Part shown: piece after piece, positions 18,895 to 29,089 of the stretch
Numbering within the stretch: position 1 is the first letter of the stretch
How the letters are laid out: each line of letters starts with the position of its first letter
The notes under the pieces: generated by a model
Seen by the model: only the letters and a program-made list of their open reading frames with translations
What the model was told of the DNA's origin: nothing
Databases searched by the model: none
Translations under genes and position numbers: made by a program
From: Candidatus Bathyarchaeota archaeon
GTDB lineage: Archaea; Thermoproteota; Bathyarchaeia; Bathyarchaeales; Bathycorpusculaceae
Assembly: GCA_963811105.1 (NCBI GenBank)
Contig: CAWEPZ010000011.1
Span: forward strand, 416,001 to 480,000
Direction: 5' to 3'
Length of the DNA: 64,000 bases

Positions 18895-20188
18895 TTAGTC
18901 AAGGTGGTAGGCTTCTTCTCCATGTTGGCTAAAATCTAGTCCAACTTCTTCTTCTTTAGGACTCACACGTAAAGGAGAAATAAGGTCTACTAATCGGAGA
19001 AGTAAGTAAGATCCGGCAAACGCGAATGCAGATATAACTAACACTGCAATCACTTGAACTCCAAGCAAACCGGCGTTGCCATAGAATAATCCTTGAACGC
19101 CTGGATTAACCAAGGTGGTTGCAAATAGCCCTGCGGCCACCGCTCCGATAATGCCGCCAATTCCGTGGCAGGCAAAAACGTATAGTGTGTCGTCTATTCT
19201 TGATCTTCCAGCCCTCCAATTAGCTACTAGGTTTGAAATGATTCCGGCAACTAAACCAATAATGACTGCAGCCGTGAAATTAACGTAACCTGAAGCTGCT
19301 GTTATGGCTACTAAGCCACACACTGCACCCACGGCTATGCCTACTGCTGAAGGCTTGCCCTTAATTGTCCAGTCCAACAACATCCACCTTACAGCTGCCG
19401 CTGCTGCAGCCAAGTTAGTAACTACAACAGCTGAGACTGCGAGGCTACTTGATGCAAGTGCACTGCCGCCATTGAAGCCAAACCAGCCGAACCACAGCAA
19501 ACCTGCGCCTAAAATTACATAAGGAATGTTTGTAGGCTTAAACTCACTCCCCATAGGAATTGTTTTATTTTCACCTTTCTGATCTAAGGCTTTAAGTTGA
19601 TCTTTCCAGTAAACACAGCCTTTCCTTCTGCCGACTACCACCGCTGCTGCCAAAGCGAACAATCCTGCAGCTACATGTACGACTATTCCACCCGCAAAAT
19701 CAACAGCGCCAAGGACATGTAACCAGCCGTTAACGTTCCATATCCAGTGGGCAATGGGTGAGTAAATGAGGGTTGACCACAAAACTACGAAGATTAGCAA
19801 AGATTTGAAACGGATTCTTTCTGCAGACGCGCCAATAATAAGTGCGGGTGTGATTGCCGCAAACTTCAACTGAAATGCAAAGAACAGTATGGCCGGGATG
19901 GTTGGTGCGTAGGGCTAATTGTGTTTATGCTTATACTGTTTAATCCGAAAAAAGAAAGATTGCCTATTATTCCGCCTACGCTTGGTCCGTAAACGAGGCT
20001 ATAACCCCAAAAAAACCAGACAAGACTGACTACCGCAAAGATGATGATGCATTGGACAAGTGTTGAAACAAGGTTTTTTCTTCGAACTAAGCCACCGCAA
20101 AAGAAGGCTAGAGCTGGTGTCATCAGCATAACAAGAGCTGTGGACATTAGAACCCATGCAATATCTGCTGGTTGGATTGCAGAGACAT
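18895..20188 (-). pseudogene. amt: Ammonium transporter copy 2, frameshifted
   Basis: Frameshift near 19912 (agc cc|tac gca), ATG 20188 is 2 nt out of frame (atg tct ct gca), substitutions at conserved sites (FFCGG, DDTLYVF). Confidence 0.8.
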
Positions 20189-20323
20189 TTGTTCCCTCAA
20201 TGACCTCAGTGTAGCTTATTTGTTCTTGCAAATTGGCAAAACTAATATTTAAACTATGCATTCGCACTGATAACAAGGTTATTTTTGGATAAATGCGCAG
20301 TGAAGAGCATAGATGCACTGCAA

Positions 20324-20346
20324 TATTTCAACAACTTGTTGAAATA
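20324..20346. promoter_or_regulatory. Perfect 23-bp palindrome upstream of amt copy 2 (candidate operator)
   Basis: TATTTCAACAA-C-TTGTTGAAATA. Confidence 0.5.
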
Positions 20347-20491
20347 GAATATTTATTTGAAAGACCGTCCAAAAATAACTCACCAAATGTTAACATATCC
20401 AAACGTTTTGGAAAAATAAGATTGCGAATCAGCTATTGCTGAAACAAAGAAAAGAATAAGTTTTCCTAGCCTTAGTTAGATATCGCTCAGC

Positions 20492-21781
20492 CTAATCGAG
20501 ATGGTATGCTTCTTCCCCGTGTTCACTAAGGTCTAAACCTGCGTCTTCTGCTTCTTCGCTAACTCTCAAGGGTGAGAATATGTTCACCAATCTAAGCAGC
20601 AAGTAGGAACCAAAGAAAGCAAATGGTACCACCACGCCAATTGCTACTAACTGAGCAACCAGTTGACCCGGGTTTCCGAATAGCAGGCCGTTAACCCCTG
20701 GGACTGTTGCTGACACGCTGATCGCTGCTGAGGCGAAGAGTCCGGTTGCGATTGAACCCCAGAGGCCCCCAACACCATGACATGCAAATACATCTAAGGT
20801 ATCGTCAATTCGTGATCTGCCTGCTCTCCAGTTGGCTACCAAGTTCGAGATAACACCTGCTGCTAAACCGATGATTAAAGCTGACGATACGCTTACGTAG
20901 CCTGCTGCAGGCGTAATTGCGACTAATCCAACAACTCCTCCAACAGCAATACCTACTGCGGACGGTTTCCCTTTTATTAGCCAATCAGATAGCATCCAAC
21001 TTACAGCCGAAGCTGCCGCTGCCAAGTTGGTAACTACAAGCGCTGAGACAGCTAAGTCGTTTGCAGCTAACGCACTTCCAGCGTTGAAGCCAAACCACCC
21101 AAACCACAATAACGCGGCGCCTAGCAATACGTAGGGGATGTTGGTTGGCTTGAACTCGACTGCCTGATTCTTCTGGTCGAGAGTTTTCATGTGGCTCTGC
21201 CATGGAATTGCGCATCCTTTTCGCCTACCTATAACTAGAGCTGCTGCCAAAGCTGAAATGCCTGCTGAAATATGTACAACTATGCCGCCTGCAAAGTCGA
21301 TGGCGCCGAAAGCTCGGAGCCAGCCGCTTGGGTTCCAGACCCAGTGAGCTATAGGCACGTAAATGAGTGTAGACCAAAGTACCATAAAAACAAGGAGGGA
21401 TCTAAAACGGATTCTTTCCGCACATGCGCCTATTATTAGGGCAGGAGTGATTGCGGCAAACTTTAGTTGGAAGGCGAAATATAATAGTTCGGGTATGCCT
21501 GGGGCAAGTGCTGAGTTGACCGAGTGTATACCTATATTGTTCATGCCTAGTAAGCCTTGGCTGTAGCCGATTATGCCATTGATGCTGTTGCCGAACACTA
21601 AGCTGTATCCCCAGAGTGCCCAGACAATACTTATGACCGCGAATATCACAAAGCATTGGACAATTGTTGATACGAGGTTTTTTCTCCGAACTAGACCTCC
21701 GTAGAAAAATCCTAGTGCTGGTGTCATCAGCATAACTAATGCTGTTGCCGTTAATACCCACGCTATGTCTCCTGCCGCCAT
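20492..21781 (-). CDS. amt: Ammonium transporter (Amt family), intact
   Basis: MTPALGFFYGG, DFAGGIVVH, LLWFGWFGFN, DDTLDVFACHG, DLSEHGEEAY. Confidence 0.95.
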   Translation of the reverse strand: MAAGDIAWVLTATALVMLMTPALGFFYGGLVRRKNLVSTIVQCFVIFAVISIVWALWGYSLVFGNSINGIIGYSQGLLGMNNIGIHSVNSALAPGIPELLYFAFQLKFAAITPALIIGACAERIRFRSLLVFMVLWSTLIYVPIAHWVWNPSGWLRAFGAIDFAGGIVVHISAGISALAAALVIGRRKGCAIPWQSHMKTLDQKNQAVEFKPTNIPYVLLGAALLWFGWFGFNAGSALAANDLAVSALVVTNLAAAASAVSWMLSDWLIKGKPSAVGIAVGGVVGLVAITPAAGYVSVSSALIIGLAAGVISNLVANWRAGRSRIDDTLDVFACHGVGGLWGSIATGLFASAAISVSATVPGVNGLLFGNPGQLVAQLVAIGVVVPFAFFGSYLLLRLVNIFSPLRVSEEAEDAGLDLSEHGEEAYHLD

Positions 21782-22264
21782 ACTTCATCTTTCTCCATTC
21801 GACATTTGTTGAATACTTAATTTTTAACCTGTACACTTATCGTGAGCTTATATTTAAAATATACGCATATGAAACATATTTACATTTTATTTTACTCGTT
21901 TGTTTATTTTAACAATTGATTCCACACTATTCATCCGATTTTTCAAACAAACAATCTCCGTTATTAAAAAAATGTCCAAGAATGACATTGTGAACGGGTG
22001 TTTGGAAGCTATGGAAAAACAGGTTTCTAATTGGCTTCTGCACAAATTTACAGATTTAAGTCAAAATAATGGATAAAATTAGCATTCTACTAATTTAAAA
22101 TTTAGAATTACTCATTAAAAAATCAACTGTTTGACAAATCCCGTTGAGTTGGTCCAATTTTGTTTTAACCATTCATTTAACATAATAAAGCCACACCTTG
22201 AGCCTGACTGCCGTTACATTTTTATGCGAATCGTGATCAAAACTACGTATTTGGGGAATGTTTA

Positions 22265-22879
22265 CTGGATTTCGCGACAGAATTAGCTAAAGCCGTTATA
22301 GCGCTGTTTATCATAGTTGACCCGCTTGGCGACATTCCCATCTTTGTAGGTTTAACTGATAAGGTGCCAGAAGCCCAGAAAAGAAAAGTCTACAACACCG
22401 CAACACTCATTGGTTTCATTCTGCTTCTTGTTTTTGCATTCACTGGTCAAGGGATTTTAACAATTTTTGGATTATCAATTTTTAGTTTCGAGGTTGCAGG
22501 CGGCATTTTACTGCTCATTATTGCTATTAGAATCCTGATTTCAGGCAGCATGCATGAGAATGTTGAATCTCCAGAAAGCATTGGTGCGGTTCCAATCGCA
22601 ATCCCACTTCTCGTAGGACCTGGAGCTATTACCACAACCATATTTAACCTTCAAGCTTATGGTACCGTAATAGCGATTGTTGCAGTTTTAGTTGTGTTAA
22701 CTTTAACCTGGGTAATTCTAAGATACATAAATGGCATTTACAAGTTTTTAGGCAAAACAGGCTCCTCGGTAATAGCAAGAGTTATGGCACTGCTCATTGC
22801 TGCAATAGCAATTCAGTACATTTTGACCGGTGTTACTCATTTTCCGTTTGTAGCTCACCTTGTCTTAAGTATTTTTTAA
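22265..22879 (+). CDS. marC: MarC-family membrane protein
   Basis: LFIIVDPLGDIPIF (upstream of the ORF-track start), AGGILL, VPIAIPLLVGPGAIT; start either CTG 22265 or ATG 22258 with a 1-nt slip. Confidence 0.88.
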   Translation: MDFATELAKAVIALFIIVDPLGDIPIFVGLTDKVPEAQKRKVYNTATLIGFILLLVFAFTGQGILTIFGLSIFSFEVAGGILLLIIAIRILISGSMHENVESPESIGAVPIAIPLLVGPGAITTTIFNLQAYGTVIAIVAVLVVLTLTWVILRYINGIYKFLGKTGSSVIARVMALLIAAIAIQYILTGVTHFPFVAHLVLSIF

Positions 22880-23285
22880 GAAACCAAGTACATTAAAATT
22901 CTAAAAATGGGAATTATAGATACTCCTATCGTGTGGAAATTTAACTCATAACGTGAACAAAAACTAAAGATTCTCTACACCAGATTCTGCAAAACCTAAA
23001 ACATGCCCAAGAACTAATCACCTCACCAGTTTTACCACACTCAGGTCCTAGCTGACCTTAACGAAGTATGTTAAGACTTGAAGATAGAATTAATAACTTA
23101 ATATTTGTTGATTTTCAATGGTTTCATCACTTGAAAGCATCGTTGAACGGCTATTTTTTAGAAGAGCCAAAATAACAAATACTCAAACCTAACAATAGAT
23201 GCAATGTTACTCCCTAAAATTGCCCGAGTTAAAGTCGAAAATAAAAAAATTGATATGCCAAATTTGGCTTAAACTGGTTTTGACT

Positions 23286-23699
23286 CTAAGTTTTTGATTT
23301 CTTGCTAAAATACTTTTTAAGAGGGTCCCAATACCACTCTATCCAGCCCTCAGTAGTATCCTTGGCCTGATCTTCAGGAATGTTAGAGTGCACCATTACA
23401 AGTTCTGTTCCTCCAGGAACAACATTGAAACATAGCTCTAACTTAGATGGCTCCGCACCTTTTGGAAAATCAGTCGAAGTCCATTCTTGAACAACTCGTT
23501 TTCCATCGTCAAGTTCTAAGTATTTGCCAAAAATGTACCCATCCCAAGCGGTAAAATTGCCGCCGACTACTGCTTTTCCAGTGGCTTTACTACCTGTGAA
23601 TTTACTGTGTTTTTTCGGGTCAACATAGGCATCGTAAACTTCTTTTGGAGAGGCTTGAATAATCACTTTTTGTTTTATTGTTGTAACTTTTGTGTTCAT
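23286..23699 (-). CDS. SRPBCC/AHSA1-like protein
   Basis: ASPKEVYDAY, FTAWDGYIFG, GWIEWYWDPLK. Confidence 0.88.
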   Translation of the reverse strand: MNTKVTTIKQKVIIQASPKEVYDAYVDPKKHSKFTGSKATGKAVVGGNFTAWDGYIFGKYLELDDGKRVVQEWTSTDFPKGAEPSKLELCFNVVPGGTELVMVHSNIPEDQAKDTTEGWIEWYWDPLKKYFSKKSKT

Positions 23700-23769
23700 A
23701 AAAGGTCACTGCTAAACTAGTTGTCGGAAGGGTTTTTTAACTTTAAGGTTTAATTAACTGTGAGCAAAA

Positions 23770-23976
23770 ATGGGAAGATGCACGGTCACTAAAGGTCAGC
23801 GCAGAATAGGAAGAACAATACGTAAACTTGAAGGCAGCGTAGAGCTTAGCGCAAAAGAAAGTAAAGCAAAAATGGCAGAGATAGATTACAAACAAAAAAA
23901 TCAAGCTGCTGCCGATTACAAGGATGATTCGCCAGTTCAGAACCTGCGTGACCCAGCCCAGTGGAAAAAAAAATAA
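23770..23976 (+). CDS. Small basic hypothetical protein
   Basis: 68 aa, divergent from the SRPBCC gene, AT-rich upstream region. Confidence 0.55.
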   Translation: MGRCTVTKGQRRIGRTIRKLEGSVELSAKESKAKMAEIDYKQKNQAAADYKDDSPVQNLRDPAQWKKK

Positions 23977-24135
23977 CAAATAATTTTGCAAACAATTTTG
24001 TTTTTTATAGAATGCGTTATCGAAAGTAACGCTTGAATTTCACAAGAATTCTATGGAACATGTAGATCTACTCAATCTCAAGGTGCTTTAAGTTTTTTAA
24101 CTTGAAAATGCATATAGTATTGATGTGAAATTTCT

Positions 24136-24495
24136 ATGTCAGCTTCTTTAGATGTTGATAGTGATTGGAATTTTAGAGTTTTTGATAAACGCTTGGTTAT
24201 TGTCAAAACTAAAAATGAAAGCGCTCATAAAGTGGCTGTTTTAGACGTTTTAACGAACTTGACATTCGCGGTTGAGGTGCCAGATACGGTTACGATTCAA
24301 GATCTCATTTCTGGCAAAGAGTATTTGGTTAATTTGAGAGTTTACACTTCAAAGGATATTAAAGGCGTAGATAGTAATTTTATAGATTTTTTTGAAGTTA
24401 TAGATGTTGACCAAAGCATTGAAGATTTCATTAAAGCATACTGGATTTACCCCAGCAAAATACGTTTTGAATTAGTGGATATAGAAGAGCCATAG
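24136..24495 (+). CDS. Hypothetical protein
   Basis: 119 aa ORF filling the gap, convergent with ftsY. Confidence 0.65.
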   Translation: MSASLDVDSDWNFRVFDKRLVIVKTKNESAHKVAVLDVLTNLTFAVEVPDTVTIQDLISGKEYLVNLRVYTSKDIKGVDSNFIDFFEVIDVDQSIEDFIKAYWIYPSKIRFELVDIEEP

Positions 24496-24497
24496 TT

Positions 24498-25403
24498 TCA
24501 TCGCAATATCATGTTTACGAATTTTTCAGGGTTAAACAGTTCCAAATCCTTGTAAGTTTGTCCTACCCCTATGAATAGAATTGGTTTTTGGGTAACGTAA
24601 GTAACGCTTAAAGCGGAACCGCCTTTCACGTCAGCATCCACCTTCGTTAAAATTGTTGCATCTATGCCGACGGCTTTGTTGAATTCTTCCGCCTGCTGGA
24701 CTGCGTCGTTGCCAATCAATGAGTCCACCGTGAATATAGTTAAGTCGGGGCGAACGACGCGTTTGACTTTGATCAATTCATTCATTAAATTTTGATTTGT
24801 CTGCATTCTGCCTGCTGTGTCAATCAATACTATGTTAATTCCGTGGGCCTTCGCATGGCTTACAGCGTCGTAAGCCACTGCGGCAGGGTCGCCGCCATAA
24901 TCGCTTCTGATTACGCGCATTCCTAAACGTTTTCCATGTTCCTCCAGCTGCTCAATTGAGCCGGCACGGTAAGTATCAGCACATGCAAGAACAACAGAGT
25001 AATTTTTGTTTCGGAAAAACTGTGCAACTTTGGCTATGGTTGTGGTTTTTCCTGTTCCGTTGATCCCCACAAACATTAAGGTAAATGTCTCTTTGTTTTT
25101 TCGTTTCTCTTCTGCCATTTTAAGCAAATCAATTTGTTTGTTGGTGAGCATTACTTCTAGTAGAACCGCTCGGAGGTTTTCTTCAACGATTTTTTTGCGG
25201 TCCTCCAGGCGCTTAACTTGAACACCGACCAAGCGCTTTTCAAGGTCATCGCTGATTTTTTCTGATACTGGAAAAGCAACATCGTTTTCGCACAAACTCA
25301 TTCTGAATTCTGATAAAATAGGGTTTAAGTTTTCAGTTTTAAGTTCCGTTGTCGTAACTTTATTTACTAATCCTTTGAAACCTGACTTGAGCTTCTCAAA
25401 CAT
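24498..25403 (-). CDS. ftsY: Signal recognition particle receptor FtsY
   Basis: GINGTGKTT, DTYRAG, DTAGR, TKVD, GVGQ; start MFEKLK. Confidence 0.96.
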   Translation of the reverse strand: MFEKLKSGFKGLVNKVTTTELKTENLNPILSEFRMSLCENDVAFPVSEKISDDLEKRLVGVQVKRLEDRKKIVEENLRAVLLEVMLTNKQIDLLKMAEEKRKNKETFTLMFVGINGTGKTTTIAKVAQFFRNKNYSVVLACADTYRAGSIEQLEEHGKRLGMRVIRSDYGGDPAAVAYDAVSHAKAHGINIVLIDTAGRMQTNQNLMNELIKVKRVVRPDLTIFTVDSLIGNDAVQQAEEFNKAVGIDATILTKVDADVKGGSALSVTYVTQKPILFIGVGQTYKDLELFNPEKFVNMILR

Positions 25404-25407
25404 CGCT

Positions 25408-25845
25408 TCAAGGTTTCCCTTCTCTGGCTGAAGCAAGCAAAGTTTCAAGTCTAGTTCTACCCGAGTTTATTCGTTCAGCCACCTGACTGAATTGTTGCTG
25501 AGCGACATTCATAGTTTTTTCTAGTTCATCCAATCGCTCTTTTAGGGTTGTTTTTGCATCAACCAAACTCTTCTCTACTGATACTCCAGCACCCATGCCT
25601 ACAATAATCTTGTCAGTATCTAAAATTTTTGTTTTAATATAAGCGCTTCCGCCTATTGGAACCAAAAGTTCAGCATTTTCTTTTTCCTTTTCAATTCCTT
25701 CCAAAGTCATATTAGCATAAGTTAGATCATTAACTGCAGCATTGACCATGTTAATTCTTTGCTGTAAGGTTTCTGCAGTTTGCTCTAGATAGCGCATTTC
25801 CATGCTGAGTTTGCGAAGTTCTTCTTCTGCTTTGCTAACTGCCAA
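25408..25845 (-). CDS. pfdA: Prefoldin alpha subunit
   Basis: ELLVPIGGSAYI..IVGMGAGVSVEK, coiled coils, synteny. Confidence 0.93.
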   Translation of the reverse strand: MAVSKAEEELRKLSMEMRYLEQTAETLQQRINMVNAAVNDLTYANMTLEGIEKEKENAELLVPIGGSAYIKTKILDTDKIIVGMGAGVSVEKSLVDAKTTLKERLDELEKTMNVAQQQFSQVAERINSGRTRLETLLASAREGKP

Positions 25846-25849
25846 TTGT

Positions 25850-26077
25850 TTATGCCTCCGCTGCAATTTTCTTTAGAATTGGATTTTCGATTTGGTCAGG
25901 AGTGATTTCTTTTACAGAACTTATTTTTATGTGGCATCTTTTAACTCTGTGTCTGCTGCCTATTTCGGCATAAACCTTCTCGACTGCATGCTCGCTTTTG
26001 TCAGCTAACAGTTCTCTTACGAAGGGAGTTGCTAATCTTGGCTTGTTGATTTCGCCGGTTACTTTGAAAGCTTTCAT
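25850..26077 (-). CDS. rpl18a: 50S ribosomal protein LX (L18Ae/eL20)
   Basis: FKVTG..AVEKVYAEIGSRHRVKR..I; synteny. Confidence 0.93.
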   Translation of the reverse strand: MKAFKVTGEINKPRLATPFVRELLADKSEHAVEKVYAEIGSRHRVKRCHIKISSVKEITPDQIENPILKKIAAEA

Positions 26078-26757
26078 TTTTTATCTTCCTGCACAACATC
26101 CAGCGCATTCCCAATAATAAACATCTCGGGTCCTGTTGTCATAGAACCAGCCACTGCAGCATGAGAATTAGCAAGTAAGCCTGTTCCAACGTAGGGGACT
26201 CCACAGTTGATTGTGCCTACATCGATTGGGACCTTGAAGATGTTTTCTAAGATTTCTCTTTCTTCATCTTTTAGCATTGGGTGAGCTAAGACCCCTTTGT
26301 TAGTTGCGACAGCTAAGGCGCCTACGTAAGGTAACCCTGCTATTTCTGTTGGCACAACTTCAACGCCGAGAGTTTCAGAGATTTTTTTTATTTCCGCGGG
26401 CTTAAAGCGTGGATCAATTATTGCTCCTTTGTCGTTGGCCAAAACGAGGTTGCCGTAAGCTGTCTTTTTTGTTTCCATAATGGTGATCTGCCCTTCAAAA
26501 GCTTCTTTGATTTGTGTTAATTCTTCTTCACGGATAAAACTTGGAAGTAGCATTCCGTTTGAGTTTGCGCATACCAATGAGCCTGCAAGAACTGAGCCTC
26601 CGATTGCTGTGTAAATAAGATTGACTTTTAGCCAGTCGACGTATTCTTGGGCTTTTTCTCTGGGAACCATTCTTGGAATGATCACTATGTTTTCTGTTGC
26701 TAATGCATAAACGCCGATGCTTGGGCTTCCGACTATGCTGGATAAGTATACGGTCAA
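26074..26757 (-). CDS. eif6: Translation initiation factor 6 (aIF6)
   Basis: SIGVY, ANSNG, GNLVLAND, GTINCGVPYVGTG, TTGPE. Confidence 0.95.
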   Translation of the reverse strand: MTVYLSSIVGSPSIGVYALATENIVIIPRMVPREKAQEYVDWLKVNLIYTAIGGSVLAGSLVCANSNGMLLPSFIREEELTQIKEAFEGQITIMETKKTAYGNLVLANDKGAIIDPRFKPAEIKKISETLGVEVVPTEIAGLPYVGALAVATNKGVLAHPMLKDEEREILENIFKVPIDVGTINCGVPYVGTGLLANSHAAVAGSMTTGPEMFIIGNALDVVQEDKK

Positions 26758-27149
26758 GAATTTAGCTCTCCTGATGATGAGTGTTAATGGCGAAGTTCAT
26801 GCATACTCCTTTTTTTAGATTGTGGTCAGCTTATACAATTAAAACTTGGTAATCGTTAGCGAAAACGCTCTTCGTTTCGTTCAAATGCAACATAAAACGT
26901 GTAAAAGTGAATGCTGTCGAGGCTTTTCTTGGTGATTTAGCACTATCCACACGATTTTTTCAAACTTCGTTAAAAATTTTTAAACATACTCAAACTGAAC
27001 TTGTAAACAAATCTAATATTGAATCCAAAAAGCAACCCAAAACAACAAATTCAAAACTTTGCTTTAAACTCATCAAGAATTGATATTTCATGAAACTAAA
27101 GAGTTAAAATATTAGTATATGTAGAGAAGATTAAAATATATTAAGAAAT

Positions 27150-27620
27150 TTATTTGGCTTCAGCCAAGTATACGGTTACGTTGCCGTCTTTGTCTTTTGC
27201 GGCTCGAACACGAATCTTTCGTGGAGGTTTTTTTATGCCTTTGTTCCAGATCTTCTCGTTAACTTCCTTGCTAATTATAAGCTGGGGTAACTCTTCTTCT
27301 TCCTCTTCTTCTGAAACCTTCATTTCAAGTTTCATGTGTTTAGTTACGAAAATTTTAAGCAGTTGCATTGCTCGTGGGGCGCGTTTCTTAGGCGGTCTAA
27401 CCAGTGCTCTTGATAAAGGAATAGTGTAGGTTCTTTCTTCAACTATCTCTTCTTCCTCTTTCTTTTTCTTTGGCTTGGCTTCCTCTTTTTCTGCTGGAGT
27501 TTCCTCTTTTGAAGCACCCTCTGAAGGTTTTTGTTCTTCAACATTTTCCTCTTCAGTTAGGTCGGGCATTTCTATTTCGTCTTCAGTTTTCTTCGCTTCT
27601 TCTTTGCCTTCTATGACCAT
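27150..27620 (-). CDS. rpl31e: 50S ribosomal protein L31e with long acidic N-terminal extension
   Basis: ERTYTIPL..KRAPRA..KHMK..VNEKIWNKGIKKPPRKIRV. Confidence 0.93.
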   Translation of the reverse strand: MVIEGKEEAKKTEDEIEMPDLTEEENVEEQKPSEGASKEETPAEKEEAKPKKKKEEEEIVEERTYTIPLSRALVRPPKKRAPRAMQLLKIFVTKHMKLEMKVSEEEEEEELPQLIISKEVNEKIWNKGIKKPPRKIRVRAAKDKDGNVTVYLAEAK

Positions 27621-27633
27621 TACTTACATTCTC

Positions 27634-27792
27634 CTATGCCTTAATTTTCCTGGTTCGCCAGTTTCGTCTTTGTTTAGGGTTATTCCTAACTTTGCCGTCA
27701 GTTCGGGCAATTACCCATGTTGGAACACCTGCTGCTTCTTTCCCAGCTTTAGCTAGCCGAAGTTTTTTTGCTGTAGGTTTTACTCGCGCCAT
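27634..27792 (-). CDS. rpl39e: 50S ribosomal protein L39e (52 aa, not in ORF track)
   Basis: Manual translation [52 protein letters not shown]; canonical position before rpl31e. Confidence 0.95.
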   Translation of the reverse strand: MARVKPTAKKLRLAKAGKEAAGVPTWVIARTDGKVRNNPKQRRNWRTRKIKA

Positions 27793-27797
27793 TCTTT

Positions 27798-28127
27798 TCA
27801 TATCCTTCTAATTGTTGTTTCTCGCTTCCGTGATTGAAGCTGAATTAATATTTGCTTAAGATGAGCATCTGACAACGGAATCGGCAACTTGCCGGTTTGT
27901 GCCAATTCAATCAGCTGCATTTCTATCTGCTCAGAAAACTCAGCTTTAACCATCTTCAGGTTATTTAGCCTTTGCCGAGCTTCAGGCGTCATTATCTTAT
28001 TAAGAAACGCCTGTTTTTGAGCTTCTAGTTGCTGTTCTGCCTGAGATTGTCTTTGCTCGTCACCGACTCTTTGCTGTAGCGACGAGAGTTTGCGTTTACG
28101 GATTTGGTCAAGCTCGTCATCTGACAT
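27798..28127 (-). CDS. PDCD5-family DNA-binding protein
   Basis: [31 protein letters not shown]; synteny after rps19e. Confidence 0.92.
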   Translation of the reverse strand: MSDDELDQIRKRKLSSLQQRVGDEQRQSQAEQQLEAQKQAFLNKIMTPEARQRLNNLKMVKAEFSEQIEMQLIELAQTGKLPIPLSDAHLKQILIQLQSRKRETTIRRI

Positions 28128-28132
28128 TGCTA

Positions 28133-28597
28133 CTATTCGCCCTGATATTTCTTGAGCTCGGGGATAGTTTTAACTATTTCCTTAAGCAAATCTCCAGCAA
28201 CTTCTTGAAGAAGCTTCCGACCTTTAGGCGTCATCTTTCGTCCTTGAGGCTTTGTAGTTTGAACTAAACCAGCAGTCTCCAGTTGCTGAAGAATCTTGCG
28301 GATATTACTTCCGCCAGCTTTAACAACATGATCCTTTTTAACCCCATTATTTTTTCGTCCGCCATAATCTGCACGCAGTTTTTCTAAGCCAATAGGACCG
28401 TGAACGTAAACTTTTCGAAGCACAGATGCACTCCGAGTATACCACCAATTTGGGTTCTGAGGCTGTTTTTCAACGTGATTACCTGTTTTAGCAAAAGCGG
28501 CCCATGGAAGAGGCTGAACTTCATCAACGTTTTCTTTGAGGTATCTGGCCAAACGGTCTATGAATTTTGAAGCTGGAACATCATGAGGGGTAGTCAA
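28133..28597 (-). CDS. rps19e: 30S ribosomal protein S19e
   Basis: PWAAFAKTG..NWWYTRSASVLRKVY..YGGRK..RKILQQLE. Confidence 0.96.
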   Translation of the reverse strand: MTTPHDVPASKFIDRLARYLKENVDEVQPLPWAAFAKTGNHVEKQPQNPNWWYTRSASVLRKVYVHGPIGLEKLRADYGGRKNNGVKKDHVVKAGGSNIRKILQQLETAGLVQTTKPQGRKMTPKGRKLLQEVAGDLLKEIVKTIPELKKYQGE

Positions 28598-28780
28598 GAT
28601 TAATTCTTATCCTTTGTTTTTCCTTGCACTAAAACAATGAAGCCCAATATAAATATTACACCGTTGAAAAAGTTAAAGAAGAGAGTTCAGTTAATGTGAT
28701 TATTCTATTGTCATTTCTACCCGAAAGTGGTAAGTGCGAGGCAATCATTTAAGTAAAACCAATAATCAGTCTGCCTTTTG

Positions 28781-29089
28781 CTAAATTTTGGGTTCAGCTT
28801 CAGATTCAACCTTGCGCTTCCTGAAAAGAATGAACACATGACCTCTAACTTCGACCAAAGCAGCGTTCGTTTGTTCAGCCGCTTTAGCCGCTATTACTTG
28901 TGCAGTTATATCATCAAGCAAAGCTGCTGGCAAAATTTTTACCTTAACCATCTTGTTTTTCTGCAGTTGCTTCTCAATTTCACTTACCAACTGGGAAGTC
29001 AAGCCATCCTTACCGACCCAAATGGTTGGATTCTCGTCTTTCAATAAGTGCCTAACGTGACGCTTCATTCGAGTTGTTATCTTGCTCAA
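28781..29089 (-). CDS. yhbY: YhbY/CRM-domain RNA-binding protein
   Basis: PTIWVGKDGLT..MVKVKIL..VEVRGHVFILFR. Confidence 0.9.
   Translation of the reverse strand: MSKITTRMKRHVRHLLKDENPTIWVGKDGLTSQLVSEIEKQLQKNKMVKVKILPAALLDDITAQVIAAKAAEQTNAALVEVRGHVFILFRKRKVESEAEPKI

Noticed and set aside
19866-19920. Programmed frameshift in amt copy 2
   Set aside because: No slippery heptamer; additional lesions point to decay or sequencing error
23911-23928. DYKDD, FLAG-tag-like peptide
   Set aside because: Only five residues match; no other sign of synthetic sequence
26771-26830. C/D box sRNA (ATGATGA C box)
   Set aside because: No suitably placed CTGA D box downstream
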